Shown here: in pieces, positions 8,696-17,916 of the stretch | Layout: each line of letters opens with the position of its first letter | Position numbering within the stretch: position 1 is the first letter of the stretch | Assembly: GCA_042091035.1 (NCBI GenBank) | Contig: JBELIG010000002.1 | Span: forward strand, 8,603-72,602 | Direction: 5' to 3' | DNA: 64,000 bases | Origin: Sphingobacteriales bacterium | GTDB taxonomy: Bacteria > Bacteroidota > Bacteroidia > Chitinophagales > Saprospiraceae | Notes under the pieces: generated by a model | Databases searched by the model: none | Seen by the model: the letters and a program-made list of their open reading frames with translations, nothing else | What the model was told of the DNA's origin: nothing | Position numbers and translations under genes: made by a program

Positions 8696-9688
8696 ATGAA
8701 AAAAATCCTTTTTATAATACTCCTAATTAGTAGTACAATAGTACAAGCAGAAAAACCTCTAGTTGTTACTACTGCATCCATATTCTCAGACATGGCTAAG
8801 CAACTAGGAGATACCCTAATTCAGGTTGAATCAATCGTACCTGTGGGCGGAGACCCGCATACTTATGACCCGAAACCTTCAGACCTTATGCTTCTGAATG
8901 AAGCCAGCTTGATCTTAAAGAATGGTTTAGGTTTTGAAAAATGGATGAACAAGCTGATTGAAAACTCAGGGACAAGTGCTGAATTAATATTGATCACTGA
9001 GGGTATCAATGCTATAAGATCAGATATCTATGAAAATTCACCCGATCCACATGCTTGGATGGATGCAGAAAATGGATTAATATACGCTGAAAACATCTAC
9101 AATAGTCTTCTAAAGCTTTTACCAAATCATAAAGCATATTTAGAGGAAAGATATTTGAACTATCAGACCCAAATAAGGAATACAGATTCCTACATAAAAC
9201 AACAAATAGTATCAATACCCGAAGGACAAAGAATACTTATAACATCACATGATGCTTTCAAATATTACGGACAAAAGTATGGCCTAAGACTAGAGAGCAT
9301 TCTAGGCACATCTACAGATGCTGAGGCACAAACTAGAGATATAGAACGAATTGTAGAAATCATACGCTCTAGTAATGTACCCGCTGTATTTATTGAAACT
9401 ACCGTAAACCCTAAGATGCTAAAACAAATAGCAGCTGATAATAATATACGGGTAGGAGGTAGTCTATTCTCAGACTCTTTAGGAGATAAGGATTCTAAAG
9501 CCTCAACCTACCTTGACATGCTTAGATTCAATACTGAAACAATAGTCGAAGCCCTAGCAAGAGAAAAGGACGAACAACTTGCTACAAATCAAACGACACA
9601 GGAAGCTCCATTAGCAAAGATTTTTGTAATTATAGGTGCAGTAATGTTATTAGTTCTGGGTTTCTTTATCAGTAAAAGAATTGCTTAA
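8696..9688 (+). CDS. Metal (Zn/Mn) ABC transporter substrate-binding protein, cluster A-I (ZnuA/TroA family), with a C-terminal hydrophobic helix
   Basis: The signal peptide is 'MKKILFIILLISSTIVQA'. Family motifs 'GGDPHTYDPKPSD', 'DPHAWMD' and 'SHDAFKYYGQKYG' are present. The C-terminal 'IFVIIGAVMLLVLGFFISKRIA' is hydrophobic. I chose ATG 8696 over the track's 8657, which overlaps the repressor gene. Confidence 0.85.
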   Translation: MKKILFIILLISSTIVQAEKPLVVTTASIFSDMAKQLGDTLIQVESIVPVGGDPHTYDPKPSDLMLLNEASLILKNGLGFEKWMNKLIENSGTSAELILITEGINAIRSDIYENSPDPHAWMDAENGLIYAENIYNSLLKLLPNHKAYLEERYLNYQTQIRNTDSYIKQQIVSIPEGQRILITSHDAFKYYGQKYGLRLESILGTSTDAEAQTRDIERIVEIIRSSNVPAVFIETTVNPKMLKQIAADNNIRVGGSLFSDSLGDKDSKASTYLDMLRFNTETIVEALAREKDEQLATNQTTQEAPLAKIFVIIGAVMLLVLGFFISKRIA

Positions 9689-10443
9689 TGGGTAAATCGA
9701 TTATCGACATAAAAGGTCTTTCACTCTCCTACGGGTATAAAAGAATATTAACCAATATATTCCTCAGTTTAGAAGCTGGGCATATATACGGTGTAATAGG
9801 GCCTAATGGAGCAGGAAAGTCTAGTCTTTTCAAATCGATATTGGGATTGGTCCCTTACAGCCACGGCGAAATAAGCATATTAGGAAAACCTATTGAAGAG
9901 GTAAGAAGAAAAATTGCCTATGTTCCTCAGAAGGGCAATGTAGACTGGAGTTTTCCAGCTACAGTAAGAGATATAGTTTCTATGGGCAGGTATCCACACC
10001 TGAAGTTATTCGACCCATTTGGAAAAAAAGATAAAGCTATAATTAACGAAGCACTCGATCAGCTTGGAATAGGTGAACTTGCAAATAGACAAATAGGTGC
10101 ACTTTCCGGAGGCCAGCAGCAACGAGTGTTTCTTGCCAGAGCTCTTGCACAAAATGCTGATTTATTTTTTCTCGATGAGCCTTTTGTAGGAGTGGACGTA
10201 ACGACAGAGGAGAAGATTATAGAAATCCTCAAATCAATATCAGAGCAAGGTAAAACAGTGATTGTAGTTCACCACGACCTTTCAACGGTAAAAGAATACT
10301 TTGATCAGGTAATCCTTTTGAATCAAAGATTGATTGCTCACGGGAGTATAGACAAGGTATTCACAGAAGAAAATATCAAGAATACATTTAGCTCACAACT
10401 TCCATTATTACACAAATCTGGTCTAGCTAATAAGAAAAAATAA
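9688..10443 (+). CDS. Metal ABC transporter ATP-binding protein
   Basis: Walker A is 'GPNGAGKSS', the ABC signature is 'LSGGQQQRV', and Walker B is 'LFFLDEP'. The start overlaps the substrate-binding protein's stop (TAATG). Confidence 0.9.
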   Translation: MGKSIIDIKGLSLSYGYKRILTNIFLSLEAGHIYGVIGPNGAGKSSLFKSILGLVPYSHGEISILGKPIEEVRRKIAYVPQKGNVDWSFPATVRDIVSMGRYPHLKLFDPFGKKDKAIINEALDQLGIGELANRQIGALSGGQQQRVFLARALAQNADLFFLDEPFVGVDVTTEEKIIEILKSISEQGKTVIVVHHDLSTVKEYFDQVILLNQRLIAHGSIDKVFTEENIKNTFSSQLPLLHKSGLANKKK

Positions 10444-10478
10444 AAGCAGCACTCATCACAAGTCCTGCTTTTATTTTT
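10442..10478 (+). terminator. Probable terminator after the ABC ATPase gene
   Basis: The sequence AAAAGCAGCACT...AGTCCTGCTTTT forms an imperfect stem of about 11 bp with one mismatch, followed by ATTTTT. Confidence 0.45.
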
Positions 10479-10480
10479 CA

Positions 10481-11803
10481 CTATTTCTTCTTTCTTGAAA
10501 TGGCAAAATTCAATCCTGCAAGCAGATTAAAATCTCTTGCTCCAAGAGGATCAGAAACGGCAAGAACATTGTCCGTTAACAAAAACAACTCCAGAAAAGT
10601 TAATTTCGCCGAAACCCCAAGACCTAGGTTCGTATAATTATCATTGCGGACGGTGTAAGCACCCCGAAGTCTGAAAATATTTCCGAGACCTGCACCTGCA
10701 GAAATACTCAAGGAATTAACTGGAGCAGGTTTATAACTTTCATGAAAGTAACTTATTCCCAAATCCCAATTATCTGCAATCTTATACTTAATCATAAGGT
10801 ACTGACTGCTTGGGATTACATATCTAAATCCTTCATTATTTTCTTCAAAATTCAATAAGTTGGCAAGTGTATCTACGATACCAGATAATTCAACATCCTG
10901 ACCTGATAGCACATTTGAGATATCTAAGCCTTCATAAGAGAAACTACCTTGACTACTGTAATTTCGGACATCCGTATCAAAATTGACATATCCAATATCA
11001 TTGATTGCAGCTGAAAGTTCAAACTTGCCCAAATCTAGCTGAGCACCTATATCAAAAGAAAGTCCATTATTCGCTGAAAACAGCTCATTCCAATTAATGT
11101 CGCCAATTGAAAAATTCAGGTTAATATCATTCAGACTATTATAATCTAATGAATTCGCAGAGTTAATGCGATAATCAGATCCAAATTCAATTGAAAAATC
11201 ACCTTCGTCAGTCAAGATCTCCAAGTCATTTCTTTCGGTAGATAAATGGCCAATACCGTTCAGATATTTTGCCCGAGCACCTACAGTCAAGCCAGATAAC
11301 TTCAATGAAGCACCAAGACCAAATTCACTATGCGAATGCAAAAGAAATTCAGAACCAATATTTACGGATTCCCCCAGAAACTGTGTATTCCCTTCCCATA
11401 TTAAACTTGGAAGCTCTTCGGGGTAGGCAATAAAAGCATTAAACTTTACTTTGTGGTAAGCCTGAATACCTACAGGACCAACACTTAAACAAAGCCCAAG
11501 TGTTTGGATTTCCATATCCTCTCGCAAATAATTAGTTGGTTGAAGATTGGACAATAAACTATTTATATCAATATAGTCCTCCACCCCATTATTCTTTATT
11601 ACATCAGAATAAGCAGGCCCATTTATAGATAAATTATTATAAAAGGAAGGTATACTTACAACTACTCGATTGTTTGGAATAAAAGCTGGGTTTAGATAAG
11701 AGCCTTGGTAGAGTCGGTCCATGCCATACAAAACCTGCATGTTTTGTGCTTTCATACCGCACATAAAGAACATCAAACCAAGAACAACTAGCGATCTTTT
11801 CAT
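10481..11803 (-). CDS. Outer-membrane beta-barrel protein with a PorP/SprF-like N-terminal motif
   Basis: The signal peptide ends 'KAQ', followed by 'YGMDRLYQGSYLNPAF' (compare the PorP/SprF '...NPAyaG' start). The rest has an alternating beta-strand pattern, but the protein is 440 aa, longer than typical PorP/SprF. Confidence 0.5.
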   Translation of the reverse strand: MKRSLVVLGLMFFMCGMKAQNMQVLYGMDRLYQGSYLNPAFIPNNRVVVSIPSFYNNLSINGPAYSDVIKNNGVEDYIDINSLLSNLQPTNYLREDMEIQTLGLCLSVGPVGIQAYHKVKFNAFIAYPEELPSLIWEGNTQFLGESVNIGSEFLLHSHSEFGLGASLKLSGLTVGARAKYLNGIGHLSTERNDLEILTDEGDFSIEFGSDYRINSANSLDYNSLNDINLNFSIGDINWNELFSANNGLSFDIGAQLDLGKFELSAAINDIGYVNFDTDVRNYSSQGSFSYEGLDISNVLSGQDVELSGIVDTLANLLNFEENNEGFRYVIPSSQYLMIKYKIADNWDLGISYFHESYKPAPVNSLSISAGAGLGNIFRLRGAYTVRNDNYTNLGLGVSAKLTFLELFLLTDNVLAVSDPLGARDFNLLAGLNFAISRKKK

Positions 11804-11812
11804 TAGGTTTAT

Positions 11813-13357
11813 TTATCTTTTAATGATCATCCCTAACGAGAGATCCAGAAACTGTTCTGGCCTCACCTTTACAGAGAGTTCATCATTCATTGTAGAATTA
11901 AAACGCACCATCAATATAAGCTTTTTAGATATAGCAAGTTTTTCAATTTGATCAGTGTCTAATAAAATGTCATTTTGAAAACGCTCTGACGTCAGTGCCT
12001 CCCCATTGCTATCTACATCCACAGGTTGGATGGTAAGTGGTTCTAACTGAAATACATCCCCCAATTCTAAATCACTATCATCCAACATAGCCAATTGAAG
12101 TTCAAAACCTATAGGAAGGCCAGTCTCATAATTCAATCGAAGCATTGCCTCCTCTATATTTTGTTCCGTCAAAACAGACATATCCAATTCGAATGTATCT
12201 ACGACTAAAAAATCAATGACTTTTCCATGTATTGGCAATTCAACCTCAACGTTCACAGAATACTCAGACTCCTCCCATATAAAACCCACCACATCATCAT
12301 TACCTTCGGGGTTAGTAATAGCATCAACAAGATATTCAACAAATAATGGCTTTGAACCCAATACATCTTGAACATTGGAATTATCTTTATTGAATTCAAA
12401 AGTCGTCGATTTGACCACCCCAACTTCATCCATAGTTGGGTAATCAAAATCAATGCCGTTGACTATGGCCTCTCCTTCTAAAGGAATAACTTGTCCATCT
12501 ACAGTATGAATATCAAATACCTGAACAACTGAGCGAGTAGGTACACCGAAAGAATTATTCACGGTTAATGTGATATTTGGATTTTCAAAAAATATCTCTC
12601 CGCCCTTCCAGTTTTCAAATACTTCAATTTCTATTGTGTCAAGTTCTCCTACATGCTCCTGGTTATAAAAAACACCCTCAGAGTAAGAAAACTTTAGGTC
12701 GTTTATGATTATGAAAAAATCATCAAACAACAGTTCTTCTCCAGAGGCAGTTGTCAGTTCGTACTGAAGATTGACTTGTCCGTCCTGATCTGCGATCAGT
12801 GTCTTTCCTTCTAAATTAATCTCTCCCAAAAAAGTAATTTTACCCTCACCATTTGGGCTCAGAGTATATTCCTGAACAAAGGATTCCATATTCTCATCGA
12901 ATAGCTGAGGGAATAGAATTTTAATATCGCAGGTTTCATCTACTTCCACCTCAAAAAAGTATCCAATTTTACCTTCACTAACCTCCATCAGGTAGATTTC
13001 CATCCCATCTGGAGTAGTAAAAGGAATTGGGAAATTATTAGAATCAATTGGAATGGGAATCCCATTTAGGGAACTCTCTATAGAATTGAAAATATCATTA
13101 CTTGTGCGCTTAAGAATATCTCCGGAATATTTAAAGAGTATCACTCCTTCCGAATCTGTATCGAACTCCGTATACTCATCAAACTCCTGCACGAGGTCCT
13201 CCATGTTGATAGAAGCCTTAACAAGCGGAATTGCATACTCGCCAATAGGCTTTTCGACACTAAGATCATTCAACCCATCGCCGTCTATACATCCAACTAC
13301 AAAGAGAGTAAATGATAGTAGGAATAAAACCGGCACAAACTTATAGCGAATCACCAT
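11813..13357 (-). CDS. Hypothetical 514-aa acidic lipoprotein, co-operonic with the barrel gene
   Basis: It has a lipoprotein signal ('LFVVGCIDGDG'), lies 9 nt upstream of the barrel gene, has no CTD, and contains no motif I recognise. Confidence 0.6.
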   Translation of the reverse strand: MVIRYKFVPVLFLLSFTLFVVGCIDGDGLNDLSVEKPIGEYAIPLVKASINMEDLVQEFDEYTEFDTDSEGVILFKYSGDILKRTSNDIFNSIESSLNGIPIPIDSNNFPIPFTTPDGMEIYLMEVSEGKIGYFFEVEVDETCDIKILFPQLFDENMESFVQEYTLSPNGEGKITFLGEINLEGKTLIADQDGQVNLQYELTTASGEELLFDDFFIIINDLKFSYSEGVFYNQEHVGELDTIEIEVFENWKGGEIFFENPNITLTVNNSFGVPTRSVVQVFDIHTVDGQVIPLEGEAIVNGIDFDYPTMDEVGVVKSTTFEFNKDNSNVQDVLGSKPLFVEYLVDAITNPEGNDDVVGFIWEESEYSVNVEVELPIHGKVIDFLVVDTFELDMSVLTEQNIEEAMLRLNYETGLPIGFELQLAMLDDSDLELGDVFQLEPLTIQPVDVDSNGEALTSERFQNDILLDTDQIEKLAISKKLILMVRFNSTMNDELSVKVRPEQFLDLSLGMIIKR

Positions 13358-13458
13358 TGTAATCTATTTAATTTATAGTACTACAAAATGACCTAAAATA
13401 TTGCAAAAGTAAAATTATATGCAGCGATTTGACTTATTCTAACTAAATTCTTACACAT

Positions 13459-13487
13459 AAAAAAGCTCCTGTAAAATTTACAGGAGC
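13459..13487 (-). terminator. Rho-independent terminator (minus strand) after the DUF4097-like gene
   Basis: The stem is GCTCCTGTA/TACAGGAGC (9 bp, 5-nt loop), followed on the minus strand by a 6-nt U-run. Confidence 0.75.
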
Positions 13488-13514
13488 AACAAAATTGAAA
13501 TCTGAATTAGTGAA

Positions 13515-14618
13515 TTATTCGTTTATTTCAAGCCCTCCATAATCTAAGACAGCTTGTATCGTTGATCGAGATCCTTGAATCCCAATATATCCTTCTACTT
13601 CATGAAAACTACTTTTCTCCACCTCATAAGTAACCATAAGGTCGCTCGGATAATCTATGCCCGCATAATCACCTACAGCCTTGACCTGATAATTACAACC
13701 TTCAGCCACATTTAAGCTAAAGTCCGTGTATTTCCCAGATAGCTTAATAAGTCCAAATCCTTTTTCTAAAGATGAAATACTTGCATCCCCGTATCTCATA
13801 TTTAGCTTAGCGCTATTTTTCAAATAATTTATATCTATCTCAGAGTATTCAGCCTCAGCCCATATTCGATCGCAGGTTCCAATTTCAAAATCAGTATATT
13901 TTGCCTCAACATCCAGATCCTTTATAGCACCTATCTGTAGCTCGTCATATTTAGAGTTTAGCTCCAATGAATGTACAATTGGAAGAGCAAATTCAGAGTA
14001 CTTAGAATTTAATTCAAGGCTTTTCAAGCGACCCACAGAGACATCAGAATAAGATACAGAAGCCACTACTTCGCCCAAACTTTTGGCTACAAAATTCCCA
14101 TATCCTAGATCGAGTTGAAGTTTCCCTTTCAATTCATTTATACTAACATCACAATGTTTTACATTAAGATCTACATTTCCATTGTGCTTAGGAATCTTAA
14201 CATCACCATACTTATTGATCAATTCTAGATCTAATTCCTTGGGTAGATAGATCAAATAGTCAATACTTAGGTTCTTGTTACTCCCCCAGGAAGAAATCTT
14301 TTCTCTGATCTCAGTACTTGCCGATACAAAATCACTTGCATTTTCAAATTGAATAAAAATACTCTCCATCGTCTTGTTCGCTGAAGATTCGGAACCTGCA
14401 TTAATACTTATTAGCACATCGATCTTAACCTTATCCTTATCCCAAGTCCTCAATTCAACCAAGCCATATTTGTTAGAGATCTTACAAAGACCTTCTGGCT
14501 TGATAGTAAATTCTTTCTTAATATTCTTTGTATAGATCTGCTTTACTGAAGCTCCAAATACACTCCCCGTGAAAAAGGACAAAAGCAACACAAGTTTTAA
14601 TTTAAAGACTGATCTCAT
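13515..14618 (-). CDS. Secreted beta-helix repeat protein (DUF4097 / putative-adhesin-like)
   Basis: It has a signal peptide and roughly 20-aa repeats with a recurring 'KY(S/D/T)(E/D)F' motif ('LNSKYSEFAL','LNSKYDELQI','VEAKYTDFEI','AEAEYSEIDI','LSGKYTDFSL'). It is the last gene of an ECF sigma operon. Confidence 0.6.
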   Translation of the reverse strand: MRSVFKLKLVLLLSFFTGSVFGASVKQIYTKNIKKEFTIKPEGLCKISNKYGLVELRTWDKDKVKIDVLISINAGSESSANKTMESIFIQFENASDFVSASTEIREKISSWGSNKNLSIDYLIYLPKELDLELINKYGDVKIPKHNGNVDLNVKHCDVSINELKGKLQLDLGYGNFVAKSLGEVVASVSYSDVSVGRLKSLELNSKYSEFALPIVHSLELNSKYDELQIGAIKDLDVEAKYTDFEIGTCDRIWAEAEYSEIDINYLKNSAKLNMRYGDASISSLEKGFGLIKLSGKYTDFSLNVAEGCNYQVKAVGDYAGIDYPSDLMVTYEVEKSSFHEVEGYIGIQGSRSTIQAVLDYGGLEINE

Positions 14619-15156
14619 CTTGAATTTTATTTATGGATTCTGAATCTGTACTTTCTACCTCCTCTATAACCTTATCGAGTACATTAATCTTGTTTTCAAA
14701 ATTTGAAATTAAGGCATTTAAAATCTGGGTCCTTCGACTGTAAGGAACCGATTCAAGCTCCTTAAGTAGTTCATCAAATGCTTCATCAAGTTGAAGCATA
14801 TCTTCTGAAACCTTATACACAGATTTGTAATTGGCCAACTTATTCATTTTCAAACTGACCGCTTGTTGATAAACAGCAACTTCCTCAGCATATTCTGGTG
14901 CAATTTCGTCTATACCTATTGAAACGACATCCAGATTATCAACTTGAAAATACTTGTAGGAACCAAATGCTCCTAAGAACAAAAGTAGGCAAGCCGCTGC
15001 AATCCTAGTCGCATAGGTATACATCCTGAGATGCCTTACCTTCGGTTTTGAATTTTGCTCTAACTGATCATTGATTTTAGCCCAAACTTCTAGATTAGGC
15101 ACCTTATCATCAAAAGACGACCTATTCTCATTGATAAAATTCTCTAAATTGTCCAT
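14602..15156 (-). CDS. Putative membrane-anchored anti-sigma factor
   Basis: It has a single TM segment ('IAAACLLLFLGAFGSY'), lies 12 nt downstream of the ECF sigma gene, and overlaps the next gene by 17 nt. The call is positional. Confidence 0.5.
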   Translation of the reverse strand: MDNLENFINENRSSFDDKVPNLEVWAKINDQLEQNSKPKVRHLRMYTYATRIAAACLLLFLGAFGSYKYFQVDNLDVVSIGIDEIAPEYAEEVAVYQQAVSLKMNKLANYKSVYKVSEDMLQLDEAFDELLKELESVPYSRRTQILNALISNFENKINVLDKVIEEVESTDSESINKIQDEISL

Positions 15157-15168
15157 ACGGTCAATGTT

Positions 15169-15717
15169 TTATATACTTTCAACAAAATCACTTTTAATGA
15201 TCTCCTTGATTTTTTTCTTAGCCCGACTATATTGGGACTTGGAAGTTGCTTCCGTCACACCAATAATTTTGCCAATCTCTTTGTGATCATAACCCTCAAA
15301 AGCATATAGGTTAAAAACAACCCGATACCCATCTGGTAATTTCACTAAAGCTTTTTTTACACTATTTATTTCAAGATGTCTATCATCAATCTCTTCTTGC
15401 TCGACAGGCATCTGAAGCTGATCGTTTAACTCCGATATTTGTAAGCGACGTTTCTTCAGAAAATTGATTGTATTATTGATTACAATCCTTTTTATCCAGG
15501 CGCCAATACTAGATTCAAACTTGAACATGTGTAATTTAGAAAACACGTCCATAAAGGAATTTTGAATGATATCCTCCGCATCAATTTCATTATTCACCAT
15601 TCTCATGCAGACATTATACATACCCTTCGAGTATAATTTATACAACTCGAATTGCGCTCTACGGTCATTAGCCATACAAGCCTTGACAATATCTTTGTGA
15701 GTTAGGGAATAATCCAC
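15169..15717 (-). CDS. ECF-type RNA polymerase sigma-70 factor
   Basis: Region 2 reads 'AEDIIQNSFMDVF...WIKRIVINNTINFLKK'. Region 4 reads 'LPDGYRVVFNLYAFEGYDHKEIGKIIGVTEATSKSQYSRAKKKI'. Confidence 0.9.
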   Translation of the reverse strand: MDYSLTHKDIVKACMANDRRAQFELYKLYSKGMYNVCMRMVNNEIDAEDIIQNSFMDVFSKLHMFKFESSIGAWIKRIVINNTINFLKKRRLQISELNDQLQMPVEQEEIDDRHLEINSVKKALVKLPDGYRVVFNLYAFEGYDHKEIGKIIGVTEATSKSQYSRAKKKIKEIIKSDFVESI

Positions 15718-15899
15718 CAGTTCCAGATTTATTTCGTTCGAATCTTATTGAACACATTTTTAATGACTCAACTTAATTTAAAAGGTTGCATCAACAAGAA
15801 TTTTTTTAATTAGAATACCAATATTATGTGATTTTGATAAAAGCCTTGTTAAATTTAAAGAATTGGCAGTATATATCACTAACCGCATTACACAATAAT

Positions 15900-17903
15900 A
15901 TGAGAACCCGCTCTTTCAATCTGCTTGGCTTTATACTATTAATTACAGCCTGGTCATGTTCTGTACCAGAGCCAAAAGAAATAAATACACTTGAGGTCGA
16001 TTATTTTAACCCCACGAATCAAAAGATATGGGAATTTAAAGATCAATCCCTTCTTGATTCTCTATTCTTATATCTGAAGTCTGAAGATCCTACTTATAGA
16101 TACCTTGCTGCATTATCCTTCGCAAGTTTAGATGCTAAAGAAAATGCAGTAGATAGTCTAGCTTACCTTTTGAAAGACCCCATCACAGAAGTGAGAGAAG
16201 CTGCTGCGTTTTCTTTAGGACAACTCAAACATTCCATTGCGGAAATATATCTAACAGATGGATTTGAGCGTTTAGATTCTCTAAATAAAAGAACAGCCTC
16301 TAATCAAAAAATATTGGAGGCTATCGGTAAATGTGGCAGTGAAAAAAGTCTTCAAGCACTAAGTACAATCAAAACATTTAAAGCTACTGATAGTCTATTA
16401 CTGTATGGTCAGATGAAAGGTATCTTCAACTTTGGTGAAAGAGGCCTATATTCCACGGAAAGTATTGAAACGGCCTTAAGGTTTATTGGACAAAACGACT
16501 ATCCCTTTGCTGCTAAAGAACTTGCAGCTCATTATTTAAGCAGAGCTCCAGAAGCTGAATTAAGCAAGTCTACTCTGACTGCTATAAATTTTGAACTGAC
16601 AAACTCCAACATAAAATTAGCTCTTGCTACAGCATTGGGAAAAACAGAAAGCCCTGAATCTAGAAAAATACTTGAATCCTTTATCATAAATGACACTGAC
16701 TATAGGGTTCAACTCAATGCAATCCGTGCAATAGGAAGCTTTCCTTATGACAGTATTCACACTACCTTAATAGAGGCACTAAATGATGGCAATGAACATG
16801 TGCAAAAAATTGCAGCAAGCCAATTGATAAAAAACGGTGATGAACGTTATGCTAAAATCTATTACAGATTGGCAAAAGACACCTTTCCTCTGTTCATTAA
16901 AACAACCTTGCTATCAGCTGCCAACAAACACCTACCATCCTATTTTGTAAATACAAAAAATGCAATAAACAGGCAGCTACAACAGATTGTAGAAGGCACA
17001 TTCTCTCCACAATCAAAACTACAAGCGATAGAAGGCTTATCCTATGACCGATGGAATTATAGATATATTTTACAACAAACCTCATATCATCCGAATGCTG
17101 CAATGCGAACAGCTGGCATGCAAGCAATCAGGCAAATCTGTAAACAAAAGGATTTTAGAACATTTTTTGGGAGGAATTACCCCAAGGTAAGGCGAGAAAT
17201 AGCTGATTCCTTAAAGATTATATTACTCCGCGGGGATGACGGTCCCATCTACGAAGGGTCCCAAATTTTAAATATCAAAGACTTGGGATTCAATAGAATT
17301 ATTTTGGAGGATAGCTACCTTGATACGGCACTCACAAACCTTGTCCTACCGAAGCAAACTGAAGCTTACGAGCAACTTAAAAATCAAATAAGTCTGTTTC
17401 GAACAGGAAAACCAACTACAACAAATAAACCAGTTTACAACCATCCCATAAAATGGGCACAACTGGAAGAAGTTAGAAATGATGAAAAAATTGTAATCCG
17501 AACTAGTAAAGGGGAGATCATTCTTAAGATGTTACCTGAGGTAGCGCCAGCAACTGTGATAAACTTTATAGAATTAGTCCGAGCTAACTTTTACAAAAAC
17601 AATCAATTCCACAGGGTAGTACCAAATTTTGTTATCCAAGCAGGATGCCCAAGAGGAGATGGATTCGGCAGTTTAGGTCACACCATAAGATCTGAATTTT
17701 CTACAAGTACCTATGAAGATGGAATGGTAGGCATGGCCTCTGCAGGCCCAGATACTGAATGTAGCCAATTTTTTATTACCCACGCTCAAACACCTCATCT
17801 TGATGGAAGATATACTATATTCGCAAAAGTTTTCAAGGGTATGGATGTTGTACACCAAATCCAACAAGGAGACCAGATTATTGACATTGAATTTTTAAAT
17901 TAA
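15900..17903 (+). CDS. Lipoprotein fusing an N-terminal HEAT-like repeat region of about 520 aa to a C-terminal cyclophilin-type peptidyl-prolyl isomerase
   Basis: The lipobox is 'LLITAWSCS'. HEAT-like units include 'DPTYRYLAALSFASL' and 'DPITEVREAAAFSLGQL'. The cyclophilin core reads 'FHRVVPNFVIQAGCPRGDGFG...MASAGPDTECSQFFIT'. I prefer ATG 15900 over the track's GTG 15828. Confidence 0.8.
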   Translation: MRTRSFNLLGFILLITAWSCSVPEPKEINTLEVDYFNPTNQKIWEFKDQSLLDSLFLYLKSEDPTYRYLAALSFASLDAKENAVDSLAYLLKDPITEVREAAAFSLGQLKHSIAEIYLTDGFERLDSLNKRTASNQKILEAIGKCGSEKSLQALSTIKTFKATDSLLLYGQMKGIFNFGERGLYSTESIETALRFIGQNDYPFAAKELAAHYLSRAPEAELSKSTLTAINFELTNSNIKLALATALGKTESPESRKILESFIINDTDYRVQLNAIRAIGSFPYDSIHTTLIEALNDGNEHVQKIAASQLIKNGDERYAKIYYRLAKDTFPLFIKTTLLSAANKHLPSYFVNTKNAINRQLQQIVEGTFSPQSKLQAIEGLSYDRWNYRYILQQTSYHPNAAMRTAGMQAIRQICKQKDFRTFFGRNYPKVRREIADSLKIILLRGDDGPIYEGSQILNIKDLGFNRIILEDSYLDTALTNLVLPKQTEAYEQLKNQISLFRTGKPTTTNKPVYNHPIKWAQLEEVRNDEKIVIRTSKGEIILKMLPEVAPATVINFIELVRANFYKNNQFHRVVPNFVIQAGCPRGDGFGSLGHTIRSEFSTSTYEDGMVGMASAGPDTECSQFFITHAQTPHLDGRYTIFAKVFKGMDVVHQIQQGDQIIDIEFLN

Positions 17904-17916
17904 AGCATCACTTGCA

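Noticed and set aside
8608-8793. A 61-aa minus-strand ORF, and the upstream-extended start (8657) of the metal-binding protein.
   Set aside because: Both overlap the repressor gene's 3' end. ATG 8696 gives a canonical signal peptide (MKKILFIILL...) 8 nt after the repressor stop.
15828-15899. The GTG-initiated 24-codon N-terminal extension of the HEAT-cyclophilin ORF.
   Set aside because: The extension has no signal-peptide character. ATG 15900 yields a basic n-region, a hydrophobic core and a lipobox.
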